This document shows, in pieces, positions 25,455 to 38,552 of a stretch of 64,000 nucleotides of DNA. Source of the DNA: Isurus oxyrinchus. Its lineage: Eukaryota. A program made the translations under genes and the position numbers. The stretch covers positions 113,026,001 to 113,090,000 of the forward strand of contig JANJGN010000010.1 of assembly GCA_026770705.1 (NCBI GenBank), in the 5' to 3' direction. Below the pieces are notes generated by a model that was not told the DNA's origin, did not search any database, and was given only the letters and a program-made list of their open reading frames with translations. Each line of letters opens with the position of its first letter. The first letter of the stretch is position 1.

Positions 25455-25534
25455 ATAGTGCACACCAGTATCACAGATGCTCTTTTGCATTTAAAAAAAA
25501 CGTAAATCATAAGTGATATTTTTGTATTTAACAG

Positions 25535-25652
25535 AATTGTTTTACTGCAGGTATTCTTAGTTCAATACCTTATATGTTTTCCTTGCTGGCGTACTTCATG
25601 TTACAAAATCACTGGAATGCAAAATACTGCAAGAAATTCTCTTGCAGCCTTG
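25535..25652 (+). other. Candidate host exon, unidentified
   Basis: Pyrimidine-rich tract with acag acceptor and a consensus TTG|GTAAGT donor. Two frames stay open; sequence is non-repetitive. Confidence 0.3.
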
Positions 25653-25799
25653 GTAAGTAAGAACTGGTGAGTAAATTGGAAAACTGTAATATGTTTAAAC
25701 AAGTAGCTATACTTGGATTTAACTGAGAAGCACCAGGAATTAGGGAAATTTAGGGCCAATATAATAAAGTAATATAAATAATCCAAAGTAGAATCAAGT

Positions 25800-26515
25800 T
25801 TTTAAAAATTAATTCAGGGGATGTGGGCTTCGCTGGCTAGGCCAGCATTTATTGCCCATCCCTTGTTGTCCTTGGAAAGGTGGTGGTGAGCTGCCTTCTT
25901 GAACTGTTGCAGTCCATGTCATGTAGGTATGCCCACAGTGCCGTTAGGGAGGGAATTCCAGGATTTTGACCCAGTGACAGTGAGGGAATGGCAATATATT
26001 TTCAAGTCAGGATGAGTGACTTGGAGGGGAACTTCCAGGTGGTGGCGTTCCCATCTATCTGCTGCCCTTGTCCTTCTAGATTGTAGCGGTCGTAGGTTTG
26101 GAAGGTGCTGTCTGTGGCGCCTTGGTGAATTCCTGCAGTGCATCTTGTAGATGGTACACACTGCTGCCACTTTGTGTCGTTGGTGGAGGGAGTGAATGTT
26201 TGTGAATGTGATGCCAGTCGAGCGGGCTGCTTTGTCCTGGACGGTGTCAAGCTTCTTGAGTGTTGTGGGAGTTGCACTCATCCAGGCAAGTGGGGAGCAT
26301 TCCATCACACTCCTGATTTGTGCCTTGTAGATGGTGGACAGGCTTTGGAGTGTCAGGAGGTGAGTGACTTGTCGCAGGATTCCTAGACTTTGACCTGCTC
26401 TTGTGGCCACAGTATCTACATGGCTAGTCCAGTTCAGTTTCTGGTCAATGGCAACCCTCAGGATGTTGTTTGTGGGGGATTCAGTGATGGTAATGCCACT
26501 GAACGTCAAGGGACA
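25800..26515 (-). mobile_element. LINE family B 3' fragment (RT C-terminus)
   Basis: ORF 25919-26509: IDQKLNWTSHV..LSTIYKAQIRSVMECSPLAWMSATPTTLKKLDTVQDKAAR..SWNSLP. Confidence 0.85.
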
Positions 26516-26516
26516 A

Positions 26517-29500
26517 TGACGTAAGGAAAGTAAAGTTAAGACATGGCAGGGCAGCTCAGTCGAGTGGAATGCATGTCCTATATTATGTGCAAAGTCATGG
26601 ATGCTACCGGTGTCCTAACTGACCACATGCAGGAAGTGCTGCCAGCTGCAGAAACTTGACCTCCGGGTGTCAGAGCTCGAGTGGCGGCTGGAGTCACTGT
26701 GGCGCATCCGTGAGGCTAAGAGCCACGTGGATAGCACTTTCAGAGAGGTGGTCACACTGCAGCTTAAGGGCCTGGAGACAGAGAGGGAATGGGTGCCAGG
26801 GCCAAGGATTTCACAGAGCACCTGCAGGACATTCTTCTGGGGGAGGGTGAACAACCAGAGGTCGTGGTCCGCATTGGTACAATTGACTTAGGTAGGAAGG
26901 GGGATATCGTCCTGCAATCAGAATTTAGGGAGCTCGATAGAAAGTGAGCAAGCAGGATCTCAAATGTAGTTATCTCTGATTACCCCGAGTGCCAGTGAGT
27001 ACAGAAATAGGATAAGGCAGATGAATGGGTGGCTGGAAAGATGGTGCAGGAGGGAGAACTTTAGATTCATGGGACACTGGGACTGGCTCTGGGGAAGATG
27101 GCACCTGTACAAGCTAGACGGGTTGCACCTGAACAGAGCAGATTCCTTGTGGGGTGTTTTGCTAGTGCTGTTGGGAGGGCTTTAAACTAACTCGGCAGAA
27201 GTGTGAGAACAAGGAGAGAATATTAGAGAGGGATACCAGGGTGCGCAAAATACTGGGAGAGACAGAGAGCACTAGTATAGAGAATAGTAAGTTAATAAGT
27301 AAAGACAGGTGAGGGAGAAAGTAACAAAAGCTAAATCAGGGTTGCTATGCATGTAGGTGAATGCACGGAGTGTGGTAAATAAGATTGTGGAATTACAGGC
27401 GCAGATTGCCATTTGGAAATATGATGTTCTGGCGATAACATAGACCGGGCTCAAGGAAGGGCAGAACTGAGTGTTCAATATTCCTGGGTACAAGGTGTTC
27501 AGCAAAGATTGAAAAAGAAGGAAAGAAGGAGGGGTGGCAGTATTGGTTAAGGAGACCATTGCAGTCCTGGAGAAAGAGGATGTCCCGGAGGGTTCAAGGA
27601 CAGAATCGACTTAGCTCGAGCTAAGGAACAAAAAGGGTGCAATGACATTGCTTAGTGTAATCTATAGACTGCCAACTAGTGAGAAGGACGTAGAAGATCA
27701 AATGTTTAGGAAAATTGCAGCGAAAAGCACGCATTATAGAGTAGTTACAATGGGTGACTTTAATTTCCCGAATGTAGACTGGGACAGTGGTAGTGTAAAG
27801 GGCAGAGAAGGGGCAAAAGTTCCTAGATTGTGTTTGGGAAAAGTTTGTACAGCAGTATGTGTCCAATCCAATTAGAAAAGACACTCTGTTGGACCTGGGT
27901 TCTTGGAAGTGAAGTGGGCCAAGTAGATCAAGTGTCAGTGTGGGAACATAAAGGAGACAGTGATCATTGTATTGTACATTTTAGGATGATGATAGAAAAG
28001 GATGATAGACAATCTACAGTAAGAATAATTAACTAGGGGAGAGCTGACTTCGATGGGGCAAGAACAGAGCTGGGCCAGATAGACTGGAACGAAAGATTGG
28101 TAGGAAAATCTGTAGCTGAACAATAGGCTACCTTCAAAAAAGAATTGGCTCGGTCACAGTCAAGATATATTCCATTGAAAGGGAAAGGTAGAGCAAACAA
28201 AACCAGAGCTCCCTGGATGAAAAAAGAGATCAAAGTTAAGATAAAGAAGAAAAAGTGTGCATGGCAGGTAACAGGTAGAAAATACAATTGAGAACCAAGA
28301 GGAATATGGAAGGTTCAGAGGGGAGGTGAAGAAGCATATTAGAGAAGCGAAGAGAGATTATGAGAAAAGACTGGCAGCCAACATAAAGAGGAATCCAAAA
28401 GTCTTCTACAGGCATATAAGTAGTAAAAGGGTGATAAAAGGAGGAGTAGGGCCAATTAGGGACCTAAAAGGGAATTTACACATGGATGAAGGGGCCATAG
28501 TTGAGGTATTAAATGAATACTTTGCATCTATCTCTACCAAGGAGGTAGATGTTACCCAGGCCATGGTGACAGATGAGGAAACTCTGTCACTAGAAGGGCT
28601 CAAAATTGAGGAGGAAGTGTTGAATAGACTGTTGGTACTTAAAGTTGACAAGGCACTGGGACCAGATGAAATACATCCAAGGATATTGAAGGAAGTGAGA
28701 GTAGAAATTGTAGGGGCACCAGCCATAATCTTTGTCTTCCCTAGACTCAGGGGAGGTGCCAGAGGACTGGAGAATTGCAAACATTACGCCCTTGTTCAAA
28801 AAAGGTTGTAAGGACAAGCCCAGCAATTACAGACCAGTCAGTTTAACTTCAGTGGTGGGCAAGGTTCTAGAAACATTTATTCGAGATAGAATTAGTAGTC
28901 ACATGGAAAAATATGGGTTGATAAGCAAGAACCAGAATGGATTTCGAAAGGGGAAATCATGTTGAACTAACTTGCTGGAGTTTTTTGAAGAGGTAACAGG
29001 AAAGGTCAATGAAGAATGCTGTTGATGTGGTGTACATGGACTTTCAAAAGGCATTTGATACAGTGTGTGTGGCTTGTGAGAAAAGTTATAGCTCATGGAA
29101 TAAAAGGGACAGTAACAACATGGATATATGCAGAGAGTAATGGTCAATGGATATTTTTTGGGTTGGAGGAAGGTTTGTAGTGGAGTTCTCCAGGTGTTTG
29201 TATTGGGACCCTTGCTTTTCTTAATATACATTAATGATCTGGATCTTTGTGTACAGGGGACAATTTCAAAGATTGCGGATAATACAAAGCTTGGGAGTGT
29301 TGTAAACTGTGAGGAGGACAGTGTACAACTTCAAAAGGACATAGACAAGTTGGTGGAGTTGGCAGATAGGTGGCAGATGAAGTTCGATGCGGAGAAGTGT
29401 GAGGCAATGCATTTTGGTAGGAAGAACATGGACAGACAATATGAAATAAGGGGTGAAATTTTGAAGGGGGTGCAGGAGCAGAAAGACCTGGGTGTATATG

Positions 29501-30147
29501 TGCATAGATCATTGAAGTGGCAGGACAGGTGGAGAGAGCGGTTAATAACGCACAGTGTGTCCTGGGCTTTATTAATAGAGGCATAGAGTTCAAAAGCAAG
29601 GAGGTTATGCTGAATTTATACAAGACATTCGTTAGACTTCAGTTGGAGTATTGTGTACAGTTCTGGGTATCACATTCTAAGAAGGATGTGAACACGTTGG
29701 AGAGAGTATGGAAGAGGTTTACAGGAATGGTTCCAGAGATGAGAAATTTCAGTTACGAAGATAGATTGGAGAGGTTGGGACTGTTTTCCTTGGAAAGAAG
29801 AACGCTAAGAGGAGATATGAAAGAGATGTTCAAAATCATGTGGGGGCTGGACAGAGTAGATAGGGAGAAGCTGTTCTTGCTTGTAAAAGGATCAAGAACG
29901 CAAGGGCACAGATTTAAAGTGATTTGCAAAAGAAGCAAATGTGACGGGAGAAAAAACTTATTTGCAGAACGAGGCAAGTTCAAATGAGGTGTTCAAGAGG
30001 GCATTAGATGATTACTTGAATAGAAACAATGTGCAAGGGTTACAGGGAAAAGGCAGGGCAATGGTACTAGGCCATAATGCTTATTTGGAGAGCTGGTGCA
30101 GGCACGATGGGCTGAATAACCTCCTGTGCCGTTAAACTTCTGTGATT
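26517..30147 (+). mobile_element. Decayed CR1 LINE, ORF1 internally deleted, ORF2 complete but disrupted
   Basis: ORF1 start 26543 (MAGQL..C..C). ORF2 motifs VNARS, MGDFNFP, SDHC, WRIANITPLFKKG..NYRPVSLTS, LFLIYINDL, ADNTK and LEYCVQFW; 3' tail at ~30100-30147. Confidence 0.92.
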
Positions 30148-30891
30148 GGTTACATCTGTGCTGATGGTATTGTCAGTTAAAAGCTTGGTAGTTTTGATAT
30201 GGTTTATTTCAGTGTGTTTGGTCACTGCACCTCCGGGTGGTTAAGGTTGATTTCATTAGTGTGGATGAGTAAATCTGCACCTAAGCCCAAATATAAATCC
30301 CAGCTTGGTAATTCTACAGTGCCAACTTGCAATCAGATAGCAATGCATAAAGTGTACAAAGGACAAGCATGTTATTTCCAAAAGTCACATAATTTGTGAA
30401 AATGCAGTTCAATAAATTAAATGATAATGGCCCATATTTCATTTATATATCTTGACAGATATAAGGTAACTTGCTGAGTGGCCTATCACAGTTGAATGTA
30501 ACACAGACTGGATTACCCATCTGTATGAAGCTGCTCAGCAGGTCTTCCTCTTTAACTGATTTTGAAAATCAATGGACAGGAGATTAGAAATTCATTTAAT
30601 GTAACCACACTGACTTCTTGGAGTTTTTTTTTCTGAACCTTGGTAAGACTGTTGGCTGGTGTTGCACAATATGTAAATTTGAAGCCACAGTAAAACGCTG
30701 ACCTGTGTTTGAGCTATAAAATGCCATCCTAAGACCATAAATTATCTGCTGTTAGTGCCAGCTGTTTATCACTGTGTCAAAGAGTGAATCTCGAGTAAGA
30801 ATAGGCAGTGTAGATTGATATCTCTTTACGTATCACTGTAAAAGTTAATGATCGCCACTGAGGGTTTCTCTTGATTTTCTGGCTTCATTTG

Positions 30892-32180
30892 TGTGACTTG
30901 CACTGAACGTTTGCCACAGTGTTTTTCTTATTATTATTGTCTGTGTGGCCACTACCACATGTGTACAACAAACTACAGGGCATAGTGTCAAAGAATGTTT
31001 GGTATAATTGGTCATTTTCATTTGTTTTAAAGATTCCAAACCTTTTAATTATGTGCAGTGTGAATTTTACGCCGGTATGGATAAATTAAAAATGCTGGAA
31101 ATCTAAAATCATACTGTACGATATGCTCGGCAGTCTAACCTACATCTGAAAGAGTAAACAAGGACAACATTCGAGTGTGATCTCTCGTTATTGTGACAAA
31201 GTGTCACAATTGAAATGCTAAGCGATGTTTTCTCTCTTTCAAGTGTTGACGGCCTGTGGCACTTTGCCCTCGTTTTCTGTTTTTGTTTCCATTTTGTGAA
31301 GGTAACTGCTTTTGGTTGCAAAGCATGAATGGGCTAAATCCTGTAGTGCATAATGAATGTGTTAAGTTCTTAACTTGTTTATCTTGGTGAAGTGTAAGAA
31401 TCGTAGAAGCGTGCAGCATAGAAGATGACTGCACAAACTGAGAGCTGGAAATTAGTGCCACACCTCTGCTCTACCCCATAGCCCTGTGGTTTTATTTTAC
31501 CCTTCAAGCATTTATCCAATTCGTTTTTGAAAGTTACTATTTTAATATTCTTCCATTACCCTTTCAGGCAGTGCATTCCAGATCATCATAATTCACCGTG
31601 TGATAAAAAAATTCTCCTAGTCTCCGCTCTTTTTTTTTTACCTATTACCTTAAATTTGCATCGTTTCTGACGATTCTTACACTTCACCAAGATAAACAAG
31701 TTAAGAACTTAACACATTCATTATGCCCTACAGGATCTAGCCCGTTCATGCTTTGCAACCAAAAGCAGTTACCTTCACAAAATGGAAACAAAAACAGAAA
31801 ACGAGGGCAAAGTGCCACAGGCCGTCAACACTTGAAAGAGAGAAAACATCGCTTAGCATTTCAATTGTGACACTTTGTCACAATAACAAGAGATCACACT
31901 CGAATATTGTCCTCATTTACTCTTTCAGATGCAGATTAGACTGCCGAGCATATCGTACAGTATGATTTTAGATTTCCAGCACTTTTAATTTTATGCATAC
32001 CTGCGTAAAATTCACACTGCAAATAATTAAAAGGTTTGGAATCTTTATAACAAATGAAAATGACCAATTATACCAAACAATCTTTGACACTATGCCCTGT
32101 AGTTTGTTGTACACATGTGGTAGTGGCCACACAGACAATAATAAGAAAAACACTGTGGCAAACGTTCAGTGCAAGTCACA
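30892..32180. repeat. Long inverted repeat: arms 30892-31415 and 31657-32180, ~240-bp spacer
   Basis: Arms are reverse complements with roughly 20 differences by eye (~95-96%). Mirrored ORFs 31109-31321(-)/31753-31965(+) and 30845-31039(-)/32054-32317(+) reflect this. Confidence 0.97.
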
Positions 32181-32372
32181 AAGTTAGTGGAAACAGCTCC
32201 TCCTCATTTAGTCTTTCAAAACCCCTCACGCTTTTGAACACGTTTATTGAATCTTTGCTTAACCTCCTCTGTCTTGAGGAAAACAATCCCACTTTTTCTA
32301 CTTCTCCACATAACTGAAGTTCCTTCTCCCGGGTACCATTTTTTGTAAACCTCCTCTGCACTATCTCCAAGT
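31463..32372 (-). mobile_element. Old CR1 3' fragment split by the right arm of the inverted repeat
   Basis: 31463-31656 (ggcagtgcattccagatc..accttaaat) continues at 32181-32372 (EKVGLFSSRQRRL, VQRRFTK on the minus strand). Confidence 0.8.
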
Positions 32373-33360
32373 TGAAAGTATAAATTGTGAACATCTGAAT
32401 CACTGTCATTTTCATTTTGAAGCTATTCCACTGTCATGGAAAGGAGAAAAAAGTAGTAATTGAAACTTAATAAAGTGAGGTGAATGGACGAAAAGGCCTT
32501 TTTTATTCCTATCTTTATCTCAAGATAGTAAATGATATAGCGGCGCTGAGATTGATTTTTAATGGACGTGAATATCACTGTACAAAACTGATATTAAGAT
32601 TGTTTAGGCTTGTAGACATGGAAGGATGTTTGCCAGAATTCTTAGCCCCTTTCTCTTTTTCCATAAGGAGGTAGTTTCTGGAGAGCCTATAGATCACAAT
32701 TTGGAAGAGTTGTGGCTTCTCACAGTATCTCGTTGTTCTGCACAGGTTCTGAGATCTAAATTTTTAATTTGAAAAGCTATTTTGAAATGAGTTTAATTTA
32801 ACAAGATCATCCCTGAATGTGGCCAATGAGAGGGTGCTTACATTTCTGCCCTTCCAATTTTGAATGTAGAACATTACTCTCAACCCCAAGAGCTATGCCA
32901 ACACATTTGCAGGGTATCTTTCCATCAGGAGTTCTTTCATATCCTCACCCCCTCTTTCTGTACAGAAATACCATGGGAGATAAATCACAGGCATGTAGCG
33001 CACAGCAATTTTCTTCGTTCTTTGAGTATAGTCCACAGACCGTAATTTCTATTGTCCCAATGAGCTTGTAAGAACATAGGAACATAAGAAATAGGACCAG
33101 GATTTGATCATTCAGCCCCCTCAAGCCTGCTCCTCCATTTATTAAGTTCATGGGTGATTTTCTACTTCAGTTCAACTTCCCACATTATCCTATATTCCTT
33201 GATTCCCTAAGTATACTGATTTCTATCCAAAAACTTGTTAATCTCTAATTGCTCAATGAGTGAGCATTTGGAGTACTCAGGTGCAGAATTCCAAATATTC
33301 ACAACTCTTTGAGTAAGTAAATCTATATATTAGTCCTAAATGGCCAGTCCCTTATTCTGA

Positions 33361-34434
33361 GGGCCGGATTTCCATGGAGTCTTCCCAACTCCACAGACCT
33401 TTAAAAATAAATGGAAGGACCTGAATTCTGATTGATCCAATTTTTGTCAGCAGGGGGAAGGGAGCAGGATAGGATTCACACAGACAGGAAAGCCAAATTA
33501 AATAGGGCATTTGAACTTATGGGTGAGTTCAAACAGATCCAATTTTGGCTGCTCTAAGAGCCTTAGCCGGCAGTATGGGAGTCACAAAGGGCAGATAAAG
33601 CTTATTTAAATGTCATCATCTGAAGGTTTTTAAATCCCTTGCTCTTTAAACATGAAAAACAAACAGGCTTTAAACTGTACAGTGAGAGTTAAAAAAAAAG
33701 TCTGCTTGACTGACCGTTTGGTGCAGATAAAAAGAAAACATAACCACCTGTTCCACAGCTTCAATAGAGTTCTTTTTTTGACATTTCCCAAGGGCTGATA
33801 TTATGTCATCATGAATTCTTGGCTTAGTTTCAAAACCTACAATTATCTTGGGGGTTTTGAGTTCACAGTTTGATTGACAGTTTAAAGAGTCTTTTAAAGG
33901 ATTACCTATCTTTGATGTGGATCTGTTTGTTTTTAAAACAGATTAACCATTTGAGATTTAAAAGCTTTGAATGGGTTTCATGAAGGGAGTATTTTTCACT
34001 TTCGTGTATGAGTAAAAGCTGTTTTAGGTAGTTATACATTCTTTTTCATTTCCATGTGACTCCTGAGTTCTGCCCATGGTGGATACTAGGTAAGTGGTTA
34101 TGGGGGGGTCATGGGAGTTGGGTGGACGGCATGAGTTGACATGGTGGTATGACGGGGCATGGGGAGCGGTTATGAGGGGTGTGGGCTAGAGCACCTAACA
34201 GTTTTTAAAACAACCGTGATGAAGTCTCAGAGGAACTAGATGGACCTTCTAACCAGCCTACCTTGGCACTCACTTGCCCTTCTGTCCGCCTATGATGTAC
34301 TTCCATCCAATCCCACTCCTGCCTCCCCCAAAGTGAAAACTGTGTGTTCCAGTGCTCTTTAAATTGAAGCAGGTTTGCAAAATCAGGAAATTTCTTGTCT
34401 CAAACTACCTGCCTCAATAGTGAAAATCTGGCCC
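33361..34434. mobile_element. Harbinger-type MITE with 3-bp TSD (TGA)
   Basis: TIRs gggccggatttcc and gaaaatctggccc. TGA at 33358-33360 and 34435-34437; host CR1 is collinear on both sides. Confidence 0.85.
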
Positions 34435-35341
34435 TGAGAGTTCTAGTTCTAGATTTCCCAGCTAGGGAGAACATCTTCTCAATATCTACTGGCAAGTCCC
34501 TTAGCAATTTTATATGCTTCAATGAGATCATTTCTCATTATTCCAAACTCTGGGGAATATCAACTTAGTTTATTCACTCTCTCCTCATTGGATAATCTTC
34601 TTAACCCAGGAATCAGTCAGGTGAATCTTTAGTGCACTTCTTACCCAAGGAAGAATGCACTTGCCTTAGAGGGAAATCAGAACCAAACACAGTATTCCAA
34701 GTGTGGTCTCTTCAAGATCTATGTGATTGCAGTAATAATCAACATTGCAGTGTCTTACTGCAATATAAGTAGTTTTTCCTTTGTACTAAAGACTAAAATA
34801 TAATTTTCTTTCCCAATTGCTTGATGTACTACACGTTAACTTTATGATTTGTGTACTTGGATCCCTCTACCAACATTTGCCAGATTTTTGCTATCTAAAA
34901 TATGCACTGCTTTTCTATTTTTCCTACCAAAGTAGATAACTTTACACTACCCACCTCATTTCCATCTGCCACCTTCTTGTCGTCCCACCTAAACTGTATT
35001 TATCATTTTGCAACCTCTTTGTGCCCTCCTCACAGATAACTATCCCTGCTAACTTTGTATTGTCAGCAAACCTGAATACGCTCCACTTGGTCTCCTCGTC
35101 CAAGTCATTGATATAGAATTTAAATAGCTGATGCCCAAGAACTGATGCTCAGAGTAACCCCTCTAGTTACAGCCTGCCAACTGCCCTCATGGCTGCCTAT
35201 GATCAGCTTCTGGGTTGGTGGGACCTACTCAATCTCTCCACCACGAAAGGTTGTGTGTGATGGGGCTCTTTATATTGAGATGTCTTTCATATTGAGACAA
35301 TCTATTTATTCAGGCTCGCTATTTTCTACCTGTCAACCAAT

Positions 35342-36185
35342 TGTAATGATCTCAGTAGAGACCAATAATCATTTTCTAAAAAAAAGAAAAATCCAAAACA
35401 CCAGGTATTTACTAAAAGAATGAAGCCACAATATTTGATGGTTTAAAACGGAAGAATTTTTGCTCTACTAGAGTCAAACAAAGCAAACACTAAATACTGT
35501 TTTAAATTACCTCTTATATTCTACATTCAGAATTAATATAAGTTAAACATGGTTTAACAAGCAAATTATAGTTCATTATAAACTACAAATTATACATTAA
35601 ATGGCAGATTCATCTAAGACAGAAGTTATGGCTCGGCAGTACACAAAGGATATAAGTCATAAAACCCGGTCACAAAGTCGTTCAAAACTCTGCCTTTCTC
35701 ACAAAGAATTTGACCTCCTCTCCTTCCAGGATCTAGCCTGATCCCCAACTGACAGCAGCGAACAACCAACCCGAAGTCCATGGGTACATTTTCACCAAAA
35801 ATAGCACACATCTGGAAAATCTTCTTCACTCAGTTTGGATGTCTTGGCCAGTTATCTTTAAGTAATCGAAACAGCTGCAGCAATTTATTCCCAGCTTCTG
35901 GACCTGGTCTCTGTCTTCTTCAGCTTGCCTGTATTGCACCTCTGGACTCATCAACTACAACTACTGAGTTTGGATGGCTCTGTGTCCCTTTATATAGCCT
36001 CAACCATTTTCAGTCTGCCCAGGAATTTTGGTTTCTAATCTCAATTATAGTTTTCATTTTCTTAGAAATGGGGAAGGTAGGTTCACTTTCCCTGCTTCCT
36101 TTTTTAGTTTCCCTTTTCAGATTCCGTTTTCATTTAGGGCCTGCCTCAAAAAAATACAAGCTTTGAAAGCACAGATTCCATCACA
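35342..36185. mobile_element. Solo LTR (Gypsy-like) with 4-bp TSD
   Basis: TGTaatga...ccatcACA termini. CAAT duplicated at 35338-35341 and 36186-36189; removing the insert restores CR1 aaccaatcctcaatccatgc. Confidence 0.8.
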
Positions 36186-36846
36186 CAATCCTCAATCCAT
36201 GCTAACATATATCCCCCAATCATATGAGACCTAATTTTGTATGATAGCCTCTTTTTATGTGGCACCTTATTGAACAGTCCCTGAAAGTCAAAATACATGA
36301 AAGGCTCTTATCTACCCTGTTGGATATAACCTAAAAAAATGAATATAATCTGTGATACTCCAGCCTTTTTGTGTTCCCTCAACATTGGTAAGTTTTTCCA
36401 CGTATATTTGCCTTACCCTCTGCTTATAAAGATCAACAAAATGTATGAGAATGATTTCTTTTGTTCTGCAGTTTAATATTTTTGTAAATAATTTTAGTTA
36501 TTGTTTTCTAAAAGATTTTTTTTACTCATTGCATTCTTTTGACAACAGTAAATCTATCTTTAGATTACCTAGTTTCTGTAATTTTAAGGTGTGGAGAAGA
36601 TACCCTTAAACATGAAAGCACCCGGTCAGCATTTTGAGAGCAGTATGCCTACGTTCTCTGTTGAGAATCAATACAGCCAAATTCCTCACTCCCAGTCGTG
36701 CTGCCTGAGTCCATTGGCCTATGGACTGGAACAGGTACCTTTCTCTTGGCAATAAGAGTTGGAATTTTGATGTCTGTATATAGTAGGCCATGAACTCTTC
36801 TGAGAGTGCTAAAGACTGGAGGAAAATATACCCTTATTTTCTAGAT

Positions 36847-37361
36847 CAGGGATGGAGAACCTATAGCCTATGGGCCAGATCCAGCCCTTTGCTCAATTTC
36901 ATCCGGCCTGCAGCAAGATTTCTAAAAATTAAAATTAGCTGAGATGTTTTGTGTAGAGTCTGAATACAGTACTAGATCCTTCTATTATCTAAAAGACTTG
37001 TTTTTTGATGTTATTTTGTGTGAGATCTGTACAAACTCACCATGACAGCATGGCTGCTCATTTGCCTCTGTAACTGACCACTATGGTGCATGAAAACAAT
37101 TAAGTCCTGGGTGAACCTTGGGACAGTTTTAAAATTTTGGGTTGGGAAACTTGCCATCTAATTTAAACAAAAGAATGATGCCAGGAATGCTGAGAAACAT
37201 TATCTTTGACTATGGTTGCTCAACTCAGCAGATTACAAGTTGACAATGCAGTTTTATATACTAAAGCTTGACCCACACTATTGATTTTTATGTGTGTGGG
37301 GCCCACAACTGATTTTGTCTGTGTGAATGGCCCATGATAAGAAAAAGGTTCCCTACCCCTG
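36847..37361. mobile_element. hAT (Charlie-like) MITE with 8-bp TSD
   Basis: TIRs cagggatggagaacct and aggttccctacccctg. TSD ttctagat/ttccagat fits the NTCTAGAN preference. Confidence 0.85.
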
Positions 37362-37596
37362 TTCCAGATTTAAAAAGATTATGTTATGCACCAAAGAATC
37401 AATGTGAAATATGAGAAAATACCTATTCTAATTATAAAAATAAAAGGATACTGTAATAGGTAGATTTTGTTTGATAAGCAACTTTTTCTGAGACTAAAAA
37501 GTTTTAAAAGTTGCATTTAACAATTATTTTATATATTTCTAATGTATCTATTTTATTTTTGAAAACCTAGCTTTACCACCTAATGGAGTTTAACAG

Positions 37597-37653
37597 ATTA
37601 CTTTCAACCATCCAGATATCAAATTTGTAGCAACCAAAATTGTCACTTACAAG
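37597..37653 (+). other. Candidate 57-nt host exon, unidentified
   Basis: taacag acceptor (alternative cctag at 37570) and AAG|GTACGA donor. Length divisible by 3; open as ITFNHPDIKFVATKIVTYK or YFQPSRYQICSNQNCHLQ. Confidence 0.25.
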
Positions 37654-37779
37654 GTACGAAATGTTACACTTTTTATTCTGGTTGAGATGATTTAATATTG
37701 CTCATTTAAAACATCAGGAACACAAGAAACAACATGACATTGTTTGTGTAGCTTCTGTAGCAGGTTTACCTTGTGAGTT

Positions 37780-38552
37780 TATGCACTTTGACAGGAAGAA
37801 TAGAGAAGCTGAATATTATTCAGATGAAGAAAGACTGCAGAAGGCTGTAACACAGTGATTTGGGAGTCCTTGTGCATGAATCCCAAAAGCTAACATACAA
37901 GTTCAACAGGTAATAGGCAAGGCAAATAGATTGTTGACCTATATTTCAAAGGGAATGGAGTATAAATATAAGGAAGTTTTGCTAAAACTATTAAGACACT
38001 AGTTAGACCACACCAAGAATACTGTGAACAATTTTGGTCCCCTTATCTAAGGAAAAAATATACTGGCATTGCAGGCAGTCCAAGAAGGTTCACTAGGTTG
38101 ATTCTGGGTATGGAGGGATTTTCTTATGAGGAGAGGTTAAGTAGGTTGGGCCTGTACTCATTGGAGTTTAGAAGAATGAGAGATGACCTTATTGAAACAT
38201 ATAGGAGGCTTGACAGGGTAGATGCTGAGAGGTTGTTTTCCTTTGTGGGAGAATCTAGGAACAGAGGGCTTAACCTCAGAGTAAAGGGGCGCCCATTTAT
38301 AACAGAGATGAGGAGGAATTTTCTTCTCTGAGGCTTATTAATTCTTTACCATAGAGGGCTGTAGAAACTGGGTCATTAAGCATATTCAAGGCTGAGGTAG
38401 ACAGATTTTTAATCAGTAAGGGGATCAAGGGTTATGGGGAGAAGGCAGGAAAGTGGAGTTGAGAATTATCAGATCAGCCATGATCTCATTGAATAGCAGA
38501 GCAGACTCAATGGGCTGTATGGCCTACATCTGCTCCTATGTCTTATGGTCTT
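37780..38552 (+). mobile_element. CR1 3' fragment
   Basis: SYEERLSRLGLYSLEFRRMRDDLIETY..EMRRNF; tail ctgctcctatgtcttatggtctt. Confidence 0.9.

Larger units (their letters stand above)
33070..36330 (-). mobile_element. CR1 3' fragment interrupted by a Harbinger MITE and a solo LTR
   Basis: aagaacataggaacataagaaatagga tail at 33070; tgtcagcaaa (FAD) at ~35062; CR1 sequence resumes across both insertions. Confidence 0.85.

Noticed and set aside
31109-31965. Twin 70-aa ORFs on opposite strands as a duplicated gene
   Set aside because: A by-product of the inverted repeat: non-ATG start, no recognisable domain, overlaps a repeat relic.
30892-32180. Foldback or DNA transposon with 524-bp TIRs
   Set aside because: No TSD, and the spacer's CR1 fragment continues outside the right arm.
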